DNA of 32,000 nucleotides from Candidatus Paracaedimonas acanthamoebae (GTDB lineage Bacteria; Pseudomonadota; Alphaproteobacteria; Caedimonadales; Caedimonadaceae): the NCBI GenBank assembly GCA_000743035.1, contig CP008936.1:450001-482000 (forward strand). Reading direction: 5' to 3'. Both the position numbers and the translations under genes were made by a program. Under the pieces are notes generated by a model, which had not been told where the DNA came from, did not search any database, and worked only from the letters and a program-made list of their open reading frames with translations. This document shows, one piece after another, positions 10,201 to 18,280 of the stretch. How positions within the stretch are numbered: position 1 is the first letter of the stretch; each line of letters begins with the position of its first letter.

Positions 10201-12256
10201 CTCAAAGAAACAGAAGAAATATACTGAGTCATTGATGCCTATTGTTTATACCAGTGTCTTAGGTATGGATACTATTCATTATAAAAATCAACAAACACTA
10301 GATAAACAGTTGAAGGCTAAAGAGGTATATACAATTACTCAAACACCGCAAGTGTGGTTGGATTTTAAATCTCTAGAGCAAGACGGTGACCTTTTTATTG
10401 AGTGGGATTATATCAAAGAATTATTCCCAAAAAATCAAGTTGCAGAAATGCATGCTTTGTTTTGTGACTTATTAAATAAAATTGCAGAAGATAATTCATT
10501 AGTCTATAAGTCTACTCTTCTTAACTTGATAGTTCCTTCACAACAGTCTTTTAGTGTAACTCAAACAACACTTGATAAATTATTTGAAGAAAGTGCGAAG
10601 GCTCATACCCAGCTCCCTGCATTAACTTATAAGAACCAAGATTTATCTTATGGAGAACTTTATAAAAGTGTAGAGAAGATTTCTTCTAACCTCCTAAGAT
10701 TAAATCTTTCAAAAGGAACTGTTATTGCGATTGCTCTCGTAAAGAGCTTTGATTCAACTATTGCTGCTTTGTCTGTTATTAAAGCGCATTCAATTTATTT
10801 GCCGCTAGATCCTGCATGGCCGGCTGAAAGGCTTAGCTATATTTTAAAGGATGCAGAGGCTGAAGTCTTAATAACTTCAAGCGAGTTTATAGAACGCTTT
10901 CAAAAATTTAATGGTACGATTTTATGCCTTGACCAGGATATGAGCGGTTTATCTAATTCTTCAGAATCAGTTCACCATGAGAATTATCATAGAGACTTAG
11001 CGTATGTGATTTACACGTCTGGTTCAACAGGTAAACCCAAAGGTGCTATGCTTGAGCATGAGGGTCCTTCTAACACCATACTTGATATAAACAATCGTTA
11101 TAATATTACCTCGAAAGACAAGATTTTTGCTTTTTCAAATCTTAGTTTTGATTTGTCTATTTATGACTTTTTTGGGGGGCTAGCGGCAGGCGCTAACATC
11201 TTTATCCCTGAGACAGAAAGAAATAAAGATCCTCAATATTGGAAAGCATGTATTCTTCAGAATTGCATTACGGTATGGGACTCTGTGCCACAAATCATGC
11301 AATCATTAATTGATAGTATACCCGAAAGTGAATATTCTTTATTTACAAATACACTAAGATTAGTTTTGTTAAGTGGCGACTGGATTCCGACAAGTTTACC
11401 AGATCGTATCCGATCAGTTTTTGGGAAAGATTGTAAAGTTGTAAGTCTAGGCGGAGCTACTGAAGCATCTATATGGTCTATTTTTTATGACATTGATATA
11501 GTTGATAAGAATTGGGCCAGTATTCCATATGGAAGAGCTCTCAACAATCAAAGCTTTTATGTATTAAATGATGACCTATTAAACAATCCTATAGGAGTAG
11601 TTGGAGAGTTGTATATAGGAGGAGTGGGGTTAGCGAGAGGATATATTAACCGCCCTGAGTTAACAGCGGAACGTTTTATTGATAACCCTTATGCAACAGA
11701 AGAAGATCGTCAGGCAGGACGGAATCTGAAGCTTTATAGGACAGGCGACCTTGGTCGTTATCTTCCTGATGGGACGATAGAGTTTTTAGGAAGAACCGAT
11801 GATCAGGTTAAGATTAGAGGGTATCGTATAGAGCTTGGTGAGATAGAGTCAGCCCTTCTTCAAGAGAAGGGAGCGAAGCAGGTATTAGTGATGGCTGTTG
11901 AGCAAGATCAGCAGAAGAGTCTAGTTGCGTATGTTGTTCCTGAAGGAGAGTTGAGTAAAGAGACTTTAGGTCGAGATTTAAGGGTTGCTTTAGAGGGAGT
12001 CCTTCCTGAGTATATGGTTCCTCAGGCGTTTGTATTTTTAGAGTCGTTTCCTTTATCAGTGAATGGGAAGATTGATCGGTCAGCGCTTCCAAGACCTGAC
12101 AGGAGTGATTTAACGAATACTTCTTTTGAAGTACCTGAGACGGAGACGGAGCGAGTCCTTGCAGAGATATGGAAGGATCTATTACATCTTGAAGCTGTGG
12201 GTCGATATGACAACTTCTTCCAGATAGGGGACATTCTCTCCTTGCCGTGCAGATGA
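7253..12256 (+). CDS. NRPS: A-PCP-Cy-A(Cys-like)-(PCP truncated by frameshift). It is continued by 12247..16272.
   Basis: - The ATGA start/stop overlaps the previous gene at 7253-7256.
- A domain: YTSGSTGKPKG (7805-7837), FDASVEE, NDYGPTE.
- Intact PCP: FFQIGGHSLL, Ser codon 9011-9013.
- Heterocyclisation domain: FPLTSIQQAYWIGR and DSLTTD (DxxxxD, 9602-9619) in place of HHxxxDG.
- Second A domain: YTSGSTGKPKG (11012-11044), FDLSIYD, SLGGATEASIWS. The hand-extracted code DLYDLSLIWK matches the Cys code at 9 of 10 positions.
- The ORF ends GDILSLPCR-stop, as at 1320. Confidence 0.92.
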   Translation: MNNSFLLSTLLESANWDNSTASNNDWNNTSAPYPSDVCLHELFEAQVERTPDAIAVRFEDENLSYRELNERSNRLAHALRAEGVGPEVLVAIALDRSFEMIISVLGILKAGGAYVPLDPSFPEERLKFMVEDTQAPIVLSFDRSLLGSAYKGKIIDPREVIAQESLSSSNLRSDVKPHHLAYVIYTSGSTGKPKGVMIEHEGVVCLMQGLQDRYPLGLGETVLLQSSFNFDASVEEIFWPILFGGTMVIAPPKIHQDLKKLALFIEVENIYNVRFVPSLLDAFFQQSEVSRCASLRRIFSGGEALSPKTKELILQTFPLVELYNDYGPTEITVRATTYKCNASRNESLIPIGRPIPNKTVYLLDETLDMVGIGVVGELYIGGVGLARGYINRPELTAERFIDNPYATEEDRQAGRNLKLYRTGDLGRYLPDGTIEFLGRTDDQVKIRGYRIELGEIESALLQEKGAKQVLVMAVEQDQQKSLVAYVVPEGELSKETLGRDLRVALEGVLPEYMVPQAFVFLESFPLSVNGKIDRSALPRPDRSDLTNTSFEVPETETERVLAEIWKDLLHLEAVGRYDNFFQIGGHSLLTIKLASQIDKKLAVKLPLSSMFDNVTVYQLAEHIDKEITNSKGCQSQLSLLPEITPDPENMYEEFPLTSIQQAYWIGRQDLFELGKVSSHGYSEYDCEFVDIERLEASWNKVINSFEALRIVFTDHGTQKILQEIPYYKISIEDLSLLRDQEIEKELLSIRDKLSHYMFDEKHWPLFRIQVTKLKDSFRIHLNFDSLTTDAWSDSIIFNEWAKCYANPSYGIAPLSFTFRDYVLSLEKLKDTEKFQLDRLYWLNRLDNFPSAPKLPLIQTAKGLSEQKFTRVSSQIPMNSWAKVRQAFSGTSLSPSAILCALFAEVLGYWSNSKHFAINLTLFNRLPLHKDIHRVAGDFTSLDILEVDFRTKNSFIERAKNLHQQLINDLEHHLFGGVDFLRELSKKQKKYTESLMPIVYTSVLGMDTIHYKNQQTLDKQLKAKEVYTITQTPQVWLDFKSLEQDGDLFIEWDYIKELFPKNQVAEMHALFCDLLNKIAEDNSLVYKSTLLNLIVPSQQSFSVTQTTLDKLFEESAKAHTQLPALTYKNQDLSYGELYKSVEKISSNLLRLNLSKGTVIAIALVKSFDSTIAALSVIKAHSIYLPLDPAWPAERLSYILKDAEAEVLITSSEFIERFQKFNGTILCLDQDMSGLSNSSESVHHENYHRDLAYVIYTSGSTGKPKGAMLEHEGPSNTILDINNRYNITSKDKIFAFSNLSFDLSIYDFFGGLAAGANIFIPETERNKDPQYWKACILQNCITVWDSVPQIMQSLIDSIPESEYSLFTNTLRLVLLSGDWIPTSLPDRIRSVFGKDCKVVSLGGATEASIWSIFYDIDIVDKNWASIPYGRALNNQSFYVLNDDLLNNPIGVVGELYIGGVGLARGYINRPELTAERFIDNPYATEEDRQAGRNLKLYRTGDLGRYLPDGTIEFLGRTDDQVKIRGYRIELGEIESALLQEKGAKQVLVMAVEQDQQKSLVAYVVPEGELSKETLGRDLRVALEGVLPEYMVPQAFVFLESFPLSVNGKIDRSALPRPDRSDLTNTSFEVPETETERVLAEIWKDLLHLEAVGRYDNFFQIGDILSLPCR
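7328..7853 (+). repeat. Repeat family R1, diverged copy of the A1-A3 segment (equivalent to 2817..3341).
   Basis: Hand alignment gives about 18 substitutions over about 525 bp and no indels. The G7 run of the other copies (3072-3078) is ggaggag here. Confidence 0.85.
8342..9003 (+). repeat. Repeat family R1, copy b, covering the A6-A10 segment only.
   Basis: 662 bp match 631..1292. The match ends two bases into the Gly-Gly codons, where this copy reads ggcggg (intact GGHS) instead of gggg. Confidence 0.9.
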
Positions 12257-14277
12257 TAAATCATGCACAGCGTCATTTTAACTGCACTCTTTCTTTAAGA
12301 GACTTCTTTACTCAAGCTACTTTACAAGCTTTAGCGTCACTTATTGAAGAGGCTATAGAGCCTCATTCTAAGAAGATTGTAGGATGGGAGTCTATCCCTC
12401 AAGCGGATCCTTCCCTTCCTATTCCTCTGTCTTTTACACAGCAAAGAGTATGGTTTTTACAAAAGTTGCTTATGCAGGAAGCTCTTTACCACATACCCTT
12501 TAGCATAGAGCTGAGAGGATATGTTTGTGTAGATTCTCTTTCTTATGCGTTACGGGAAGTGATCAACCGTCATTCAATTTTACGCACGAACATCGTTGAG
12601 CAACAAGGACAAGCCTTTCAAGTAATAAAAGCCCCTCTTTCATCTTTTAAGCTTGAGAGAGTAGATCTTACAAGTTTGAAGGTTGAAGCCCAAGCAGAAC
12701 AGCTTGAAGAGCTGTTGCGACTTAATGCTCAGAAGCCATTTAATCTAGCCTCAGATTCTCTTTTAAGAGTCTTGTTAGTGGCTTTAAGCGAAGAGCGGCA
12801 CGTTTTAGCAGTGACCTTTCATCATCTTATTGCGGATGGATGGTCTTTAGCTATTTTTTGTCGGGAGTTGAGTGCTTTTTATAATCATGCGGTTGCAGGA
12901 GATGCTGTTAACTTAACACCGCTTGCTATACAATTTAGTGACTTTGCGCATTGGCAAAGACAATCACCTGTTTCTCATCTTGAGTATTGGCTTAAGCATC
13001 TTGAGAATCCTCCTGCTTTGTCGACCTTCCCAACTAACTATCGTCGCCCTGCAGAGTTAAGCTATCGAGGACGCACCCTCTCGTTTACGCTTCCTGATGA
13101 CCTTTTGCAGCAGTTGAAAGCATTTAGTGAGGCACAAGAAGTGACATTATTTATGACACTTCTTTCTGCCTTTATGGTGCTGTTGCAACGTTACAGTCAG
13201 CAAGAAGATTTAATTATTGGTCTTCCTGTTGCGAACCGTTCTCATCCTGATGTTGAACCTTTGATAGGTTTTTTTACCAATACCCTAGCTTTTAGATTAC
13301 AAGGGTTGGAAAGTAATCTAAGATTTTTAGAAGTGCTTCAGCTAACGAAAGCCACTGTTTTAGAGAGTTTTGAACATCAAGAAGCGCCTTTTGAGCAAGT
13401 GGTTGATCATTTGCAGGTACCTCGTATGCTGAATGCAAACCCTCTCTTCCAAGTCATGTTCTCGTATCAGTCTATGACAGCTTCTCCGATAACGCTTACT
13501 CGCCTCGAGACTCATCCTTGGCATTCATCTCACACAACAGCGAAGTTCGATATAAACTTCTTCGTTCAAGAACAAGCTGATCATATAGCTATGCTTATCG
13601 AATATGCGACAGATTTATATGAGGAAGAGACGGTTGAGCGACTTGGAGCTCACTATCAACAGTTGTTGACCGAGATTATGGCAGCTCCTCAAGGGGCCAT
13701 TGGAGCCTTTGAGCTGCTGACCTCCTCTGAGCGTCAGAAGATTTTATATGACTGGAACAATACGTCTGCTCCTTATCCGAGTGATGTGTGTTTGCATGAG
13801 TTGTTTGAGGCACAGGTTGAGAGGACACCTGATGCAATAGCAGTAAGGTTTGAAGATGAGAGCCTGAGCTATAGAGAGTTGAATGAGAGATCGAACCGTC
13901 TTGCACATGCATTAAGAGCAGAAGGGGTAGGGCCTGAGGTTCTTGTTGCGATTGCTCTTGATCGTTCTTTTGAGATGATCATCAGTGTGCTTGGGATCTT
14001 AAAGGCAGGGGGGGCATATGTTCCTCTTGATCCTTCCTTTCCTGAAGAGCGGCTTAAGTTCATGGTCGAAGATACGCAAGCTCCAATCGTCCTTTCGTTT
14101 GAAAGTAGTCTTTTAGGATCAGCGTATAAAGGGAAGATTATTGATCCAAGAGAGATCATAGCACAGGAGAGTTTATCGAGCAGTAATTTGAGGTCAGATG
14201 TAAAGCCTCATCATCTTGCCTATGTGATTTACACTTCAGGTTCAACAGGAAAACCCAAAGGTGTCATGATAGAGCAT
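11591..14277 (+). repeat. Repeat family R1, copy c (A6-A10, frameshifted PCP, C domain, A1-A3).
   Basis: This is the perfect or near-perfect 2687-bp direct repeat of 655..3341. Confidence 0.9.
12227..12230 (+). other. Second copy of the GGGG frameshift site in the carrier-domain GGHS motif.
   Basis: The sequence context is identical to 1291-1294 (offset 10936). It lies inside the 2687-bp perfect repeat. Confidence 0.85.
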
Positions 14278-16272
14278 GAAGGAGTTGTAAATCTTATTTA
14301 CAATATCTTTCCTGAATTTGTGTCAGATGAGTATAAGAGCTTTGCAGGTTTAACAAATTTAACTTTTGATATTGCAGTGCTAGAAATCTTCTGGCCGCTT
14401 GTCTTTGGGAAACAGATTGCCTTGTACCCATCAATCTTACAAGAAGGTCATAGATTTATTACAGATTCTATAGAACCTGATTTAATTCAAGCCACTCCAA
14501 GCGTAGTCAAGCTTTTGAAGCAAGCTGGTTGGAAACCCTCCTCTTGCTCAACACTTATATGTGGAGGAGAGGAGATCCAGCAGGATTTAATAGAGGATCT
14601 AGGTGGCAACATTAAGCAGATTCTTAACGTGTATGGTCCTACTGAAGCAACGATCTGGGCTACAAAGATTAAACTAGCTAAAGGGAATATTATTACGCTT
14701 GGCAGGCCAATTGCTAATTACACAATTTATATTCTAAATGAAAATATGGAACCTAATCCTATAGGAGTTCCTGGAGAGTTGTATATAGGAGGGGTAGGGC
14801 TAGCGAGAGGGTATATTAACCGCCCTGAGTTAACAGCGGAACGTTTTATTGATAACCCTTATGCAACAGAAGAAGATCGTCAGGCAGGACGGAATCTGAA
14901 GCTTTATAGGACAGGCGACCTTGGTCGTTATCTTCCTGATGGGACGATTGAGTTTTTAGGGAGAACTGATGATCAGGTTAAGATTAGAGGGTATCGTATA
15001 GAGCTTGGTGAGATAGAACAAACAATTAAGAAACTTGAAGAAATTAAAGATGTTGTCGTTATAGCAACTGAGAATACAGCAGAAAATAAGAACCTCGTTG
15101 CTTTCTACCTGTGCCATTGTTATTCACAAGATCATAATAAAGGATCTGTGGTTGATAAGATAAAGCGTTATCTTAAGCGCACACTACCACCTTACATGGT
15201 ACCAACCACTCTTATAGAGATAGATAAAATGCCTATGCTTCCTAGCGGAAAGATTAACAGGAAAAAGCTTCTTTCTCAAGTGATAGAAGACAAACAAAGA
15301 GATGTTATACAACCAGAAACTACCCTTGAGTTTCAATTATTAAATATATGGCAACATCATTTACAAAAATTAATTATTAGCATTGATGACAATTACTTTG
15401 AGATTGGCGGTACTTCTCTAACGGCAGTTGTGTTATTAAACATTATTAATGAAAAGTTTAATGTTCAAGTACCTTTTTCTTTATTTTATAAAGCTCCTCA
15501 GATACGTACTATTGCAGAATTCATTACTTCAGATACGCAAGATGTCTTGCCTGTGGTAACTATCAGTAACGGTAAGAACTCCACGTTATTTCTTATCCAT
15601 CCTGCAAGTGGATTGTGTACTGAGTACTTTAATCTATCTCATGTGATTGGTGAGTTAAAAGTCATTGGTATTAATAATCCTTATTTTGGCATGCCTGACC
15701 AGAAGTTTGATTCACTCTCGAATATGGCTACAGAGTATATAAAAATTATTAAATCGATGCAGCCAGAAGGCCCATATAATTTAGGAGGGTGGTCTTTCGG
15801 AGGTAATGTTGCTTTTGAAATTGCAAGGCAATTAAGTTGCGATGGTGCCCAAATCAATAAGCTATTTCTGTTTGATAGTATTAATATGGGGCCGTATCAA
15901 ATTGAGACCACTGAAGAAGACATTTATCTAGCACCTGAGCATCATCAAAATGAAGAGATACAGAAAGGAAATGAGCTTTTCAGTAGAGAAATAAGAAGAA
16001 ATATGAAACTTTTATCCTCCTTTAAGCCTAGTATTTATTCTGGTCCACTTACACTATTAAAAGGAATAAAAGATGATATTACAAAAGATTATACTTTAAT
16101 TACCGAGAAGAATGGATGGGATTTGGTCTGCGGTAACCAAATAGAAATATTGCCAATCCCAGTGCGACATGCTGAGTTTTTCCAGAAAGAGACAATAAAT
16201 GAGGTCGGGAAAATTCTAAAAGATTCATTCGGATTAAAAGATGAACTACAGTGCTATAAGCATGTGGCATAA
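12247..16272 (+). CDS. NRPS terminal part: (rest of PCP)-C-A(Gly-like)-PCP-TE.
   Basis: - The first ~677 aa are identical to ORF 1311..7256 (C domain HHLIADG at 12820, A1-A3).
- Unique core follows: FDIAVLE, IQATPS, NVYGPTEATIW. The hand-extracted code DILQIGVIWK matches the Gly code DILQLGLIWK at about 8 of 10 positions.
- PCP: YFEIGGTSL, Ser codon 15415-15417.
- Thioesterase: LIHPASG and GGWSFGG, Ser codon 15793-15795. Confidence 0.92.
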   Translation: MQMINHAQRHFNCTLSLRDFFTQATLQALASLIEEAIEPHSKKIVGWESIPQADPSLPIPLSFTQQRVWFLQKLLMQEALYHIPFSIELRGYVCVDSLSYALREVINRHSILRTNIVEQQGQAFQVIKAPLSSFKLERVDLTSLKVEAQAEQLEELLRLNAQKPFNLASDSLLRVLLVALSEERHVLAVTFHHLIADGWSLAIFCRELSAFYNHAVAGDAVNLTPLAIQFSDFAHWQRQSPVSHLEYWLKHLENPPALSTFPTNYRRPAELSYRGRTLSFTLPDDLLQQLKAFSEAQEVTLFMTLLSAFMVLLQRYSQQEDLIIGLPVANRSHPDVEPLIGFFTNTLAFRLQGLESNLRFLEVLQLTKATVLESFEHQEAPFEQVVDHLQVPRMLNANPLFQVMFSYQSMTASPITLTRLETHPWHSSHTTAKFDINFFVQEQADHIAMLIEYATDLYEEETVERLGAHYQQLLTEIMAAPQGAIGAFELLTSSERQKILYDWNNTSAPYPSDVCLHELFEAQVERTPDAIAVRFEDESLSYRELNERSNRLAHALRAEGVGPEVLVAIALDRSFEMIISVLGILKAGGAYVPLDPSFPEERLKFMVEDTQAPIVLSFESSLLGSAYKGKIIDPREIIAQESLSSSNLRSDVKPHHLAYVIYTSGSTGKPKGVMIEHEGVVNLIYNIFPEFVSDEYKSFAGLTNLTFDIAVLEIFWPLVFGKQIALYPSILQEGHRFITDSIEPDLIQATPSVVKLLKQAGWKPSSCSTLICGGEEIQQDLIEDLGGNIKQILNVYGPTEATIWATKIKLAKGNIITLGRPIANYTIYILNENMEPNPIGVPGELYIGGVGLARGYINRPELTAERFIDNPYATEEDRQAGRNLKLYRTGDLGRYLPDGTIEFLGRTDDQVKIRGYRIELGEIEQTIKKLEEIKDVVVIATENTAENKNLVAFYLCHCYSQDHNKGSVVDKIKRYLKRTLPPYMVPTTLIEIDKMPMLPSGKINRKKLLSQVIEDKQRDVIQPETTLEFQLLNIWQHHLQKLIISIDDNYFEIGGTSLTAVVLLNIINEKFNVQVPFSLFYKAPQIRTIAEFITSDTQDVLPVVTISNGKNSTLFLIHPASGLCTEYFNLSHVIGELKVIGINNPYFGMPDQKFDSLSNMATEYIKIIKSMQPEGPYNLGGWSFGGNVAFEIARQLSCDGAQINKLFLFDSINMGPYQIETTEEDIYLAPEHHQNEEIQKGNELFSREIRRNMKLLSSFKPSIYSGPLTLLKGIKDDITKDYTLITEKNGWDLVCGNQIEILPIPVRHAEFFQKETINEVGKILKDSFGLKDELQCYKHVA
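14761..15017 (+). repeat. Repeat family R1, diverged partial copy (A6-A8).
   Basis: 257 bp align with 655..911 (offset 14106) with a handful of substitutions. Similarity stops right after GYRIELGEIE. Confidence 0.8.
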
Positions 16273-16291
16273 TAAGGGGGAAGCTGTATCA

Positions 16292-18094
16292 ATGGAACCT
16301 TTTACTCACCATAAATTTATTAGAGATTGCTTAGCTCCATATAAGTTAGGAATAAGCTTTATGTTTTTGGTTGCTGTAATTTGGGCAGCCCATGTTTCAT
16401 TTACTCCTTATATTGTTAAAATACTTTTGGATCGAGCAGCATTTTCACGTAACTTCGAATCCTTATTATTACCTGCTATGGGGCTATTAGTTACGCAATT
16501 TTTTATGTGGACTATGATCCGTCTTTATGACTATTTTGTAAGTTATAAAATGATCCCAAATCTAAGGCGCAGTTTGGCCCAAAAATCGATTAGTTATATT
16601 GAAGCTCATTCATACAGTTTTTTCCAAAATCATTTATCAGGTAGCATAGCAGGAAGATTAGATGATCTTACGCGCGTGGTACCTGATCTAATTTATATTG
16701 TTATTGATAAATTCTTCAGTCATCTGCTCGCGTTAGTAATTGCAATTAGTGTTCTTTGGTTGATTTCACCTTTTTTTGCATTAGCTCTTGGGGTATGGGT
16801 AGTAGTATTTGGCCTTGTTCATTATTATTTTTTCTCGCCTAGTATTATAGAGGCATGCGAGAAATGGAATTACACTGAAGCTGAAACTAAGGGGAGTTAC
16901 AATGATTTTTTCACTAATATTCTTTCTATAAAGCTTTTTAGTTCTTTCAAGAAAGAAGTCTACCTTCAAAAACTTATGGCAAATGTGGTAAAGGAAGAAC
17001 AGAAATTCAAAAAGGCAGTCCTTCTAAGCTACATATTTTATGGATATAGCTTTTTTATTTACCAGACGATTTGTTTCTATTTTCTTCTCAAGAGTTATTC
17101 TGATGGCTCTCTCACAAGTGGGGACTTTGCTTTTGTTATTATGATTAATATCCAATTTGCAGACTATATTTGGCAGCTCACAAATGATACCTTACGCTTT
17201 GCTCAGTACCAAGGAGCTTATAAACAGGCATTTTTATATTTAACAGTTCCTCATGAAATAAAAGATAAACCAGAGGCATCAGACCTTTCTGTTCAAAAAG
17301 GGATGATTGAGTTTAATGATGTCTGGTTTAAGTACGAGAATAGTGATTTCATCTTTAAAAGGAAAACAGTTAAAATCTTCTCTGGCCAAAAGGTTGGTTT
17401 AGTTGGTTACTCTGGGGCAGGTAAATCAACATTTGTAAATCTTATTTTAAGATTATTTGATGCGCATAAAGGGGGTGTACTAATTGATGGAAATGATATT
17501 CGAGATGTAACACAAGAATCTCTAAGAAATGCTATAGGATTTATTCCGCAAGACCCAACACTTTTTCATCGTACGATTCTTGATAACATCTCTTATGGCA
17601 AATTAAATGCGGCTAAAGAAGAAATAATAGAGGCTGCCAAAAAAGCCTATGCGCATGATTTCATCATGCAACTTCCAGACGGTTATGATACTGTTATTGG
17701 CGAACGAGGTATAAAGTTATCTGGTGGGCAACGCCAGCGGCTTGCCATTGCTCGAGTCTTTTTAAAGAATGCACCTATTCTAATCCTAGATGAGCCTACC
17801 TCGCAGTTAGATTCTATAACTGAACATTTAATTCAAAATGCTCTTTATGAGCTAATGAAGGGTAAAACGACTCTTGTCATTGCACATAGACTCTCAACCC
17901 TAACTTTTATGGATAGGATATTAGTGTTTAATAAGGGAAAAATAATACAAGATGGAACGCATGCTAATTTAGTAGAGGAAGGTGGCTTATATCAAGAGTT
18001 GCTTAGCAAATGCGTCCTAAATCAATCTATATTACAGCACAAAGCTCCTTTGGAGAATTTTGAACGCAATACAATAAAATATTCAGGTGGGTAA
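16292..18094 (+). CDS. ABC exporter with fused permease and ATPase (MsbA / type I exporter-like). It is probably the exporter for the NRPS product.
   Basis: The N-terminal half is hydrophobic with multiple TM segments. Walker A is GYSGAGKST (17405-17431), the signature is LSGGQRQR, and Walker B is ILILDEPTS. I prefer the ATG at 16292 to the ORF-track start at 16241. It follows an AAGGGGG Shine-Dalgarno (about 16274-16281) and does not overlap the NRPS stop at 16270-16272. Confidence 0.88.
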   Translation: MEPFTHHKFIRDCLAPYKLGISFMFLVAVIWAAHVSFTPYIVKILLDRAAFSRNFESLLLPAMGLLVTQFFMWTMIRLYDYFVSYKMIPNLRRSLAQKSISYIEAHSYSFFQNHLSGSIAGRLDDLTRVVPDLIYIVIDKFFSHLLALVIAISVLWLISPFFALALGVWVVVFGLVHYYFFSPSIIEACEKWNYTEAETKGSYNDFFTNILSIKLFSSFKKEVYLQKLMANVVKEEQKFKKAVLLSYIFYGYSFFIYQTICFYFLLKSYSDGSLTSGDFAFVIMINIQFADYIWQLTNDTLRFAQYQGAYKQAFLYLTVPHEIKDKPEASDLSVQKGMIEFNDVWFKYENSDFIFKRKTVKIFSGQKVGLVGYSGAGKSTFVNLILRLFDAHKGGVLIDGNDIRDVTQESLRNAIGFIPQDPTLFHRTILDNISYGKLNAAKEEIIEAAKKAYAHDFIMQLPDGYDTVIGERGIKLSGGQRQRLAIARVFLKNAPILILDEPTSQLDSITEHLIQNALYELMKGKTTLVIAHRLSTLTFMDRILVFNKGKIIQDGTHANLVEEGGLYQELLSKCVLNQSILQHKAPLENFERNTIKYSGG

Positions 18095-18280
18095 GTAGTG
18101 GACGATGATTAAGTCTTAAATCTGCTTAAATCTTTTATTTATTATTTGTTGTATAAGAGCGTTTAAATTAAATATTTAAGTAGCCTATGTGATAGTTTTT
18201 TAAAAAATTATGTAGTGTAATTTGGCTTTTATATGCTTTATGCTATGTATAAATTTTATATGTTATAGTTGGGGGCAAGG

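Noticed and set aside
339-14159. Many antisense ORFs of 60-144 aa inside locus 1, for example 878..1156, 2933..3223, 7444..7734, 8589..9023, 11814..12092 and 13869..14159. Several occur as identical copies.
   Set aside because: They lie opposite reading frames that carry unambiguous NRPS core motifs. They have no ribosome-binding sites or recognisable domains. They are duplicated only because the underlying coding DNA is duplicated.
16241-16291. ORF-track start of the ABC transporter at 16241, overlapping the end of the NRPS.
   Set aside because: The extra 17 residues are not transporter-like and overlap the TE gene. The ATG at 16292 has a good AAGGGGG Shine-Dalgarno just upstream. The longer start cannot be strictly excluded.
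18095-18280. Promoter upstream of the first unknown paralogue.
   Set aside because: There are several partial -35/-10 matches in very AT-rich sequence, and none had good hexamers at 16-18 nt spacing. I could not single one out.
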